Shown: positions 26,401 through 38,400 of the stretch, piece after piece
Position numbering within the stretch: position 1 is the first letter of the stretch
How the letters are laid out: each line of letters starts with the position of its first letter
Assembly: GCF_964355755.1 (NCBI RefSeq)
Contig: NC_092674.1
Location: 25,048,001-25,112,000 of the forward strand
Origin: Antedon mediterranea
Lineage: Eukaryota > Animalia > Echinodermata
Direction of reading: 5' to 3'
Length of the DNA: 64,000 bases
Made by a program: the position numbers and the translations under genes
The notes under the pieces: generated by a model
What the model saw: the letters and a program-made list of their open reading frames with translations, nothing else
The model's database searches: none
What the model was told of the DNA's origin: nothing

Positions 26401-29400
26401 CGTTTGCAGACAACTTGGCAATTACGACGTAACATCCGCCAAGTGCTGTAACGAGTATCCTGGTGGTAATGGTAGTATCCACCTGGATGACATGGATTGC
26501 CAGGGAAACGAAAGGCGATTGGAAGAATGTTCGCACAAATCATGGGGCGACAATAACTGTGGGCACCATGAAGATGCTGGGGTAATTTGTTCAGGTACAT
26601 TCGTATAGAATAAAGCCCGGTTCCCACTGAACTTAGTGAATTTTAGAACATTGCATTCTCATTTATTAATTTTATTATCTTCACTTGCTAAACGTTGTGT
26701 ATTTGCAATGTTGAGTATCACTTTATCAACGCAATTGATATAAATACTTTGATTCACTTAGATTTGATTACAATCTTTTGTAACATGATCAATTTAAAGC
26801 TCTGTCTACACTATCAAACTTTATGTGACAAAAAAATGTGATGTGCCCATATATGGATACGTTGATGTCATATCACACCACAACCATGCCACATCAAAAC
26901 TAGTTGGATAGTGTAGACAGCTTGTTCCTTCATATAAAGTTCAGTGGGAACGAACATAAAATGTATTTCAATCACATAAAAACATCTACTTTAGATCCCA
27001 AATTACAGAAAGCCTTACTTCATTGGTTCTTAAGTCAGACTTTGTGTAGTGTTCCTTATTTGGCCATAAAATATGTTTCATGTTCTAGAAGGTCGACTTA
27101 TACTAAAATCTGTATTTTTATCTTATCTTTATCCAATTTTTAACACCCTGGGGATTGGCTCTCCATGCTACACCTTAAACAAACAAAAGGAAAATTAAAA
27201 AGAATGCTATTGCAGTAGTATAATTCCTATTGAGGGGACACTTTAATAGGGGTGTCTCCTCTATAGGAGTTGGCCATAGTGCTAAAACATATATTTCCCC
27301 TCATTCATTTCATGTGATTGATTAATAGGGATGTCATTTGGTCCCACTAGAGATGTTCTACTGTATGTTGTTTAAAAGATTGTATTTTAAAGTGTGTTCA
27401 CACATTGTTTTTCAGATTTAAGAATCCACTCCCCAACAAACCAAGCTTCTTCTAACATCGGCCCTGTAAAACTTCTTGTTAATGGTAGATGGGGAAATAT
27501 CTGTGCCGAAGACTGGACTCTGGAAGCTGCGAATGTGACCTGCCGTCAGGTACACAACACTGATGTTCTAGCGTTACGCTTTTACACAAGCTCAGAAGTT
27601 CCTCGAATCAGCTCGTTGACCTGTACTGGTGATGAGAATTTGATTTCAGACTGTAATCAAGGCATTTGGAATGATACATCATGTCCAAGTGGTCATATTG
27701 GTGGAGTTGTATGTCAGGGTAAGGTATGACAGACAGGGAACATTTGATTTTACGACAACTAAATTCTTAAAAAAATTCAGACATCAGTACAGTAATTTTA
27801 TACTAAATTAAACATTTCATTAGTTTCGTTTTGTTTTAATGTGTTGCATCATGGAGGAAAAAATATTTTTTTTCCTCCATGGTTGCATCAAACATGCATC
27901 CACATTCCTGAGTGTGTGCTGAAAAATGTTCTGCTTGGCCCTCATGAAAAAAGAAAAGAAGGTCTACCACTCTGTGTTTTGAAGGAAGATTTTTCATGTT
28001 GTTTGTGGATTGTTGATTTGTCAATGGATTTCCCAATATTAAAGGTCAAATTATAATTTTTAAAGTATTTATCTCTATTTAAATTACGTCCTTTGACGGC
28101 AACCTTTCACATTAAGCAATAACATACTCCTCATTATTATCTTATCTACAGTACAATTCAGCAAAACAAGATTAGTATAAATACAGAATTTAACAATGTT
28201 GAAACCTTATACTTTACAATTGTATAGGATATTGAGTTTCTTAACTTTGTTATGGGTTCAAAAGTTACAGTAAATAATATAATATTATAGTCTGTTTATA
28301 AACTTTATGTATTCCAAGATATAGATAGAGATAGATTTCTTGTTAATTCCTTCTGTCCCTGGATTTTCGACCTTAAGTAAGATGCATTGTATAGCATCGT
28401 ACTTATCTTTTTAATATTTCATTCTCCAGACTTAAGCCAAATTATTTGCAGACTTTACCTTCTATTTTGCAATTGATTTTTTTGCGTTAAACTCCTAAAT
28501 TGATATCTTCTTCAATTTTACCTGTTAATATAATCTAAATTAATTATCTTTCCCAAATCTGTGTTCATATTCAATTCAGAAATTACATTTCTGCGACCGA
28601 TTTTCTTTAATAATGATAATATATTAATGTACTGCTTTTTGGCCTTCTCTTATACTAGCGGCAAATACTGTTAGACTGGTTGATGGCGGGTCATCTCGAG
28701 AGGGACGAGTGGAGGTGAAGCACAATGGTGACTGGGGAACTATTTGCGATGACAACTTTGGCCTTCCAGAAGCTAATGTTATTTGTCGACAGCTTGGCTT
28801 CATCGAAGCAGACTCGAGCAACTGCTGTCAGAAATTCGGTGAGGGAGTTGGTCAAATTTTTCTGGACGATCTTAGCTGTGTTGGGACAGAAGAATACATC
28901 GACGAGTGCGGACACCGTGGGTGGTTGACTCATAATTGTGGACATCATGAAGATGCAGGTGTCATCTGTATAGACTCTAATAATGCAGGTGACTGGGGAA
29001 CTATTTACAAATTAAAAATCCACTTCCAAATACTTGTAATAAGACTTTGTTTATGTAGAGCATCTTGTATATGTTTGTCTTGTGAACGGGATTGCCACCT
29101 TTAAGAAGGATAGTGAATTAATTCGCTTATTGTTATCCTTGGCAATTTGCCTAAATATATAAAAATAGAAAAAATAAATGAAATAAAATTAGGTATGTGT
29201 TATATTTTAAAAATTATTCTTCTTTTGCTGTCTGCCAAGTCTGATAATAACTAGGTGGGTATCTGTGGGTGTTTCAGCCGTACATGCACAAGAAATCTCT
29301 TTCTGTTACGGAAGGATCTTGTGCAGTGGATACAATGATGACAAAATTGCCAGTGTTGATCTTTAAAAAGTGCCTATAATTGTGTGTCCTCTCGTTTTTT

Positions 29401-32400
29401 TTTATAGAAACTATTCCTTGCTTGATAGCCTTCCTCCATTTCGGCTGTTTTGAGGCTAGTTCTTTCCAAGTTTAACAATTATAATGTTACATGCTAGGTT
29501 TATTTTGTTTATATATTTCATATATTAATTTCTTTATTTTATCATTTTTTAGAGCCTTCAGGAGAGCCTCCAGATACGCAACGTAAGTAACTAAATGTAT
29601 TTTTATCAATTTAAACAAACCTCATCAACCTTTTTAAATGTTCAAGTTATCTTTATTGTGTTTTCACAAACAGGTTGCTGGTTATAAAACAGAATATCAA
29701 TAGAAACTTTAAAAAGAAAACAGAAAAACAATAACAGTTTTATGCATTTTATTTTTACTCATCAAATATATTTAAAGTTAAATTTTAAGTTTTCGTTCTG
29801 TATAACTTCAATGCGTTTTAATATTTTTGTAGCATCTATTCGTCTGGTTGGAGGCCTGTCTCGTTTATCTGGCCGTGTTGAGATATTAAAAGATGGAGCA
29901 TACGGAACTGTTTGCGATGATGGATTTGGTATTGAGGAGGCTACGGTAGTTTGTCGTCAACTAGGTTTTCCCATGGCTGATCCGTCAGTCTGCTGTCAGT
30001 CCTTCGGTGCTGGGAGAGGAACAATTCTGCTTGATGGTCTCCAGTGTAACGGCAACGAAGAGAGTCTGTTTCAGTGTGAACATTTACTCAGACACAATTG
30101 TGAACACTTTGAGGATGCTGGGGTGAATTGCTTGAGTACAGTATTTCTTTTATTTCTATATATTCCATGTAAACAGCATAATATATATATTAATTTAAAC
30201 CTCCCGGTGATATACTGACATTTAGTTAATTAATTTGAAATGATAAAGATGAGGAAATCTGTGAGAATGCACACGCTATTAACCAGAGATCAAATTGATA
30301 TGACCAGTATATGTATTCATAAAGCAATATTTACATTATTAGTGTCAAAACTTTTATTTACAACCAGTTCTGTTTAATTAGTCATTATGTTGGTGTTTGT
30401 AGGATTTAAAGTATAATATGTTTATGATAGGAGGTAAACAATGAAATAAGTAAATTAATAGTTCCTATATCTCTCATACACCATTTATTGTGTTTTATTT
30501 ATATTTATTTCATTTATTGGTTTGAACCTTCGTTATCTGACTCTGTTACATTTTTACTGATGAAATGAAATAATTTTATTATATTACAGGTCTACCAAAA
30601 CCAACTCCAGATCTGCCCACTGGTAAGTTTTTGTTTGTAAAGTTAACTATTTTAATAGTTTAAAAAACACACCAAATTGGGAGAGCTTAGAAACTTAGGG
30701 AGACGTTATATATATATGGCCGACTTCGGTTGTGAACGACAATGTCAATTAGTCTTACATTCTTGTGAATGATGTCTAAGCCAGGACTGTTTAAAAAACC
30801 TTTCTGGTTCCAACATTGACCAAGGGCTTCTCTTATCCAGTACCCACCTTAACCAGAGGAAAGGCATAAGCCAATAGGTCTGAGGCAGATACTAGATGCA
30901 GGGGCTGCCATAAGAGTCAGCAGTGCTGATTTCAAATGCCTAATGGGACCCCACTCCATATCAGCACCCGGTAATCCCAGATGGTCTGATCCCATTCAAG
31001 CTCTAACCGAGCCCAACGTTGCTTAACTCTGGTGATCTGTCGAGAACCAGTGTTTCAACGTGCTTAGAGGGATCTCCTAAATAAGGGTGTTCCAAAGGAG
31101 TAGTTCTACCGAACTTTGGTTTCCCCATGCGATTGTTACAGACAATAGGAAATAACTGAAAAAACTGTTTTACAGATGGTCAAATAAGGCTGTCAGATGG
31201 GGATGATTTCCAAGGTCGAGTAGAAATCTTTCTCGGAGGTCAATGGGGAACTGTTTGTGATGATTATTTCGACAGCAAAGATGCGGATGTGATCTGCCGT
31301 CAACTTGGATATAAATCGGCTCATCCAAAGCGCTGTTGCCCTTGGTTCGGCGCTGGTAGCGGAGACATCTTACTGGATGATTTACAATGCGAGGGGACCG
31401 AGACAAACATTTTAAACTGCCCTCACACGAATCATAATGGAGGAAACTGCGGACATTTTGAAGATGTTGGCGTTAGGTGTATTCGTAAGTCTAGGATGGA
31501 AGGGATTCAAATTAATTTTCTTTAGGGTGAAGTGCTGCAAATGCAACTTTTTAATTTAAAGGCAACATTATTATATAATTTTTATTATTAATATCAATCG
31601 ACTTAAATATGTTATACTGATGCTTCTCGCATGCTGTTAGGTCAATCCCGTTATCTCAGTGCAAGAAATCTGTTTGTGGAAACATCTTTTATGAATTTTT
31701 GAGGCTGACAATTTATAGTTTTCTTTCCAGAATTATGAAAAGTAAAAACATAATGTTAAACTGTATATATGAATATCCTTTCTCCATGACAGATTTCTTT
31801 CTCTTTTTGTATTGTATGTATATGTTTCATATGGATGATTTGTTTGAAATAAAATTTGAATTGAAATTATAATTTGTTCTTAGGCTCTGTACGTTTAAAC
31901 TCAACGATATCTGAATTTGAAGGAAGGCTTGAGTTGCAACATAATGCAGAGTGGGTAGCAATTTGTAGTGAAGATTTTACTGAACAAGAAGGTGTGATTG
32001 CCTGCCTCCATGCTGGGGGCTTAGACTTTGCAAGTTTCGATGTTACACCGTCTACCAACACTAATGTACATGCTGTTAATTTGACATGTTCAGAGGCCGC
32101 AAATGTATTGGACGATTGTAACATGGTCTTTCAGAACGTCTCCTGTCAGGAGGTGTATCTTACTTGCAATAAGAGTAAGTCAAAGGTTATTTTCATTTGT
32201 TGCTTATTCTTTTTTATTTGTTTAAAAGTACTATTTTTTATTACTGCACTTCCAAAAAAATTGCCCCAGAATTCAATCAAATCTAAGCGCACCTTTTTGT
32301 TATTGGCTTAACATTCATGCATGGGACTTTTTTATTGCCTATAGTATGACCTCTACATTTTAATTTTAAATATAGTTTTGAGCAAAAATAGATAATTGTG

Positions 32401-35400
32401 TCGAACACAAAATGAGATTTTAAAAAACCGACCGATTATGTTCCAGGAAACATTTTTTAGGCCTTATTTTTCGTTAATTGCTATATTTGAAATAATATTG
32501 ATTTTGATTGATAATTATCGATTATTTACAGGAAACAATTTACCTCTTCGTCTTGTGGGTGGAAAGCACCCTCTTGAAGGTCGTGTAGAAATCTTCTACA
32601 AAGGTCAGTGGGGAACCGTCTGCGATGATGAATGGGGCAAGGCTGAAGCGGTCGTCGGTTGTCGACAACTTGGCAACTTTATTCCTGTTCGATTCCAGAA
32701 CCCAGCCGTGTGTTGTGGAGCATTCGGTGCAGGAACATTGCCTATATTGATGGACAATGTGGCGTGCACTGGAGCAGAACCAAGCCTCGACCAATGCAGT
32801 CATAGAGGATGGAATGTGAATAACTGTGATCATTTTGAAGATGCAGGGCTAATCTGTACAGGTAAGTCTAATCTTTATTCTAATCCTATTTATTCATGCA
32901 GGGAAAAATTTCATTTGAAAATTTTGTTTAGCAAAATTGCTAATCAAACTGATTTTTTAGTCAAGAAAGATAGTTTTGTATTGTATTTTTTGCTACACAA
33001 TTATAGAAATGTGTAGCAAAAAGGTTGTTTTGTATAGCTTTTTGCTATGCTACACTGGCGAAATTATTCCCTGTACATGCATTAACATAATATGCTAATC
33101 CTTATTCTGATCTCTTTAATCCATATTATTTATTGATATCTCTTTATGGTTAAGCTAACAAAATGTCTAAGCACCACTAACTACTTTAATCCTAATATTC
33201 TGATCACTTTCTACTTTTTTGTATTAATGTATGTTTTATATGTTTCATTTATTTTAGTGGGTCAAACCTAAACTTATTTTTTGTGGAAATAAAGCAAAAT
33301 TTAATCTGTATTTTTTACTTCATAAATCTGATCCTATTATATGTTAGCTAACAAGTCAGTAAAAATGTTACCTCTCGATTTATCGATCAATTTTTGTTTT
33401 AAAGATACTCGTTTAGTTGATGGGGAAAGCTTATTAGAGGGGCGCTTACAAGTTCTAAAAGATTCGGCATGGCTAAGCGTAGCCAGTTATAATTGGACAC
33501 TACGGAATTCAGAAGTTGTCTGCAGACAGCTTTTTAACACTTCTTTCTCGCATACAACGGAGTATGATCTGGTGAGTGATTATTGTAGTACTATTGATGT
33601 GCCAATTTTGTGGGTCTAGAGTACCATTCCCAAAATCCTAAATACTGTCAATTCTCCTGGACACCTGTGTTTTCCAGAATTTCTGGTATTCCAAATGTTT
33701 TTAAAGATTAAAAGCATGTCCATATGTTTTGACGCCAAGGAAACTCTGATTTCCAATCATCTGTAGTACAAATAGTAGATCTAAATTTATAGTGCTTTGA
33801 GCGGTACTATTTCTGTATTTTCAGAGGTTATCATAATCTTTAAATTAAGTTTGAAGCTAAATCAGTAGAGTAGCAAGTGAATTAGTGGTTATGATGCTTG
33901 ACTCCCAAACAAGTGTCCTGGGTTCAAGTGCTGTCATATCATATGTCAGGATTTTTTCTAAAGACAAATTACAACTCCACTCTCAAATACTTGTAATAAG
34001 ACTTTGTTTATGTAGAGCATCTTGTGTATATGTTTGTCTTGTGTACAGGATTGCCACCTTTAAGAATGATAGTGAATACATTCGCTTATGGTTATCCTTG
34101 GCAATTTAGCTAAATATATAAAAACAAAACATAAACAAAAAGTAGCACCAATAGGCCTACATGTATGAAAGATTAGACACTTGTACCCCAGAGTTTACAC
34201 AGTTTTGTACACACCGGGCGTACCATACAAAATGCCAGTGTTGACACTAGTGTGGATAAACTTGTCTACACTATCAAACTTTATGTGACAAAAAAATTTA
34301 ATGTGCCCAAATATGTGTATATATGGGCATATCACATAGAGTTTGATAGTGTAGACAGAGATTAAGGCAATGTAAATTAGTCCTACTTTTCCATATGTGA
34401 ATTTTCATGCAAATGGAAAACATTTGCTAGTGCGCATGTATATTACAACTATTTTCACATACTTGTGACCTGAAAAATTGTGGACCCAATCAAGACTCTG
34501 GATTATTCTATTTGCTTGAGTGTTACTTTTGTTATCTCTTCAGGATGAGGATGCATCAAAAATAATATCAAATGTAAATTGTGCTGGTGAAGAAATGATG
34601 TTGAGTAATTGTCAATCACAAATGGAGACATATACTGAAGGAGTTAAAGTAGTGGGCGTGGCTTGCTCAGGTATCTAAACCTTAATTTTAGCTTAATGTA
34701 TGGCATGCCAAAGGTGCATAATGAGACTATGCCAGCATAGTTTGGACTGAAGAAAACAGAAATTTTTTTTTTCCAATGTTTAAAGACTTTATAAATGCAA
34801 ACCAGGACCGGTCCTGGACCGGCCCAAATCATAAGTGTAAATGGAGTCTATAATAGTTAAGGCCCAAACTTCAGTAAACATATTTTTGGTAATGCTATCA
34901 AATATTAAGTATTGTTATTTATTTTTTTTGTCAAGCAAATAATATATTAATTATTAATAATATATAATTGTAAATGGATTTCTTTCTTAGATATGCGACT
35001 AGTAGGGGGTAATCGTGCAAATGAAGGCCGAATAGAAGTGATCAGTGCAAGTGGTGATTGGAACAGCATTTGTGCTTACGGTTTTTCTCAGATGGCTGCC
35101 AATGTAGCTTGTCGTCAGGCTGGCTTCTGCTATGCCAGCCATGTCTTCCACGACAAGTTTGGCCCAGCACCAGTCAACGTGGGCTTGTCTGAACTCCAGT
35201 GCACAGGGAATGAATCCAAGCTACAAAATTGCTCTTACACACATGGTCCAACTCAGTGTACTAATTCATACTTTGTTGCAGGTGTTCAATGTAAAGGTAT
35301 GATGTATTTTGAGTGTAAATCCTTAAGCTCTGTCTACACTATCAAACTAATTTGACAAAAAAAATGTGCCCAAATATGGTAGTGATATGTCGAAATTTGT

Positions 35401-38400
35401 AGTGATATGACATCATCATGTCCATGGGCACATCATATTATTTTGTCACATAAAGTTTGATAGTGTAGATAGAGCTTTACTTGTATTTGTTTTTGTCCGG
35501 GAGACTTCCACCAGGTTGTTTGTGTGACATTTGTTGTTGTCAGTTTTCTGCCTGGTGTCTTCTTGTTTGTGGCTGACGTCTGTTACGAACGACAATGTCA
35601 ATTATTTTTACATTCATCTAAATGATGGATTAAACTAAGCTAGGACTGTTTAAAGAACCTTGATTGGTCCTAACATTGATCTAGGGCTTCTCTCGTCCAG
35701 GGCCCTCCTTGACCAGACCAGGGCCACTACATCTGAGGCAGGACTTACTAGATGCAGAGGCTGTCATAAGAGTTAGCAGTGCTGATTTTAAATGCCTAAT
35801 GACCCCAGCTCCATATACAGCACCTGATATTCCAAGATGGTCTCCCATCCAAGCTCTCACCAGGCCAAATATTGCCTAACTTCACACGTTAACCACCAAG
35901 CTAGATCTCCACTAAATGAAACCAATATTTTTTTTTTATCTAGATACATGTGATTTTCCTGGAAGATTATTGAATGGTAAGGTTATACCCGTCTTACAGT
36001 CCTATTCAAATGGCAGTAGTGTAACGTTAGAGTGCAACGAAGGGTACACACTGAGCGGACCTTCAAATATCACATGTGAAAACTGTGCCTGGAAATCAGC
36101 ATTGCCTGTTTGTAAAAGTAAGAATATACAGTATGGCACTGTGGTGTGCTGGTTAACATGCTCAGGGTTCTGGGTTCAATTCTTGGCTCAATCACAGCAT
36201 CAGAATTTTCTCATGAATTTTTTTTGTATACTGTCATTAGTGGAATAATAACAAGTAATATTTTTCAATTAAGACTGCATTTTGAAATGCATCAAATGAT
36301 GGAGGGGCACTTTTTTTTAGAATACATCCAAACATAGAGGGTGCTATTTAAAATAATCTTGGGCATCAACAGAATATATAATAAAAATACTGTTGGCCAG
36401 GCGCTATCTTAAAATTGCGTCCCACTTGGACAAAACAACATAAAGCACAATGCAATCGACAGTTTGAATGATTTGTCTCGATGTGATTGGTCAAATTCCT
36501 TGCGTCCTTGGGTTGAATCCAAGTGCGAACCAAAGTTTAACGTAGCATATGCAGATGGGCATGGTAAAAATGTGTCACCACCCTCTTTTTTTTTAAATGC
36601 CTAGTAGAGCCTACAGTATTTGGTAACAATTTCAGCAATCAAGTGTTTTGAATCATAATTTCCTTAAACAAGACATGACAAAAAATTTTCGCTGCAGTAG
36701 TGATAAACTAATCGAAATAATCTGTCGCTTACATCCTGGTTATCTATCACGAGTAAATGATGCAGAACCAGCATGGACGATACTAGATGATCTTTTTAGA
36801 CAGTGAAGAATAATTACTTATAAATGCTATATCTTATTTCACAAGATTTATAGCCGAGAAAAACCAACATGTCAAACACAATTCTAATACAGATTGATCA
36901 AATGTTCAATGCTCCAACTCGCTTGAATCTATTTTAGTGAAAATATTTTTTATTTTAGTATTTTTTAACACTTTAATAATATTCACTTAAGATTTGAAAA
37001 AAAAACCAACAACAAATTATAACCATTGATTATGTTCTACTGGTAATGTTATTCCATCTCATAGAAACAAAAAAAAGAAATTAATTTTTGAAACATGGGC
37101 TTTTACCCCCATCTGTATAGTATCACGTAGTGTGTGGTTTATATAAAAGACTACACTCTTTTCTTCCCTTACCCCCCCCCCCCCTTCCACACACACACAT
37201 ACTTTTATCATCCCTCCCTTTCCCCATTATTTCTCAATTATTATGTGAATATGATTTTTCTTTCTCTAGAATCTGTGGTTAACTGTACAGATCCACCAAA
37301 TATTTTAAACGCCACCGTGAATGTAAACTCTGGTATAGCATATTATAAATGTTTGGATGGTTACTATAGCAATGAGATTGCAACATACAAGACATGTGAT
37401 TCTGGAAAATGGAGTGGTCCTGGTATCAAATGTCAAGGTATACTTTATTTCTTTACTAGATACATATATGATTCATACTATAATAGTCTGTTCTCCTGTT
37501 GTGCCCAAAAGTCTTTGTGCTGCTTCCATCTTGAATCGAATGTCAAAGTCTAAAGCTCTGTCTACACTATCAAACTTTATGTGACAAAAATGGACATGAA
37601 TGATGATGATGTCATATCACTACCATATTTAAGCATATCACTATCATATTTAGGCACATCACACATTTTTTGTCAAACTAGTTTGATAGTGTAGACAGAG
37701 CTTAAGCCATGCAAATATTCAGCTCTCAGGTTTTCCATGTGCATATTAATAACATCAAAATAATTTAACAAAAGCCAATTTTTTAATCTAAAATTAACAA
37801 AAAAAAAAGTAAAGAAGTAAAAGAAGGAATGTGTAAATTTATAAGCTGCTTCAAACGTAGATTGTGATTAAACTTGTAATTACCTGTGACAGAAGTGATA
37901 TTTTAAAAACATGTAATAGGTAATCAATACTTAAAATGCTACAGCTCAAACTTAAGTTAATATTGTTAATGAGTCCATAAACTAAATAATTACATTAAAA
38001 ACATAAACTTCTAGCTTATTTTTTCCTTTTATTTATTTTTTATTTACATATACTTTGAAAATGAAAGAAATAAATTTTATTTTGAATTGAATTAATGTGC
38101 AAATATAAAGTAATTTCACATTTTGGAAACACGCCAAATGTTTTGTACTTTTTAAAGTAGTTTATATCAGCTGCTGCTTTAACAGATTTTTTTCGAGAGC
38201 AATTCCAACTTTCGTAAGTCCTTGATTGACACCGAAGTGTTTAAAGTTATTTATAAACAATTCTTAAATGTAATTTTTTAGTGCAATGTCCTGATCCACC
38301 AAGGATTGAGAATGCAGAGGTGCATGTGAATTCAAGCGTAGCACATTATAAATGTTTGGATGGTTACCATAGTAATGACATTGCAACGTACATGACATGC

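Noticed and set aside
30962-31062. Functional 5S rRNA gene
   Set aside because: 5' end missing, many substitutions and indels, no T-run terminator, and fused to a repeated body; treated as a SINE head.
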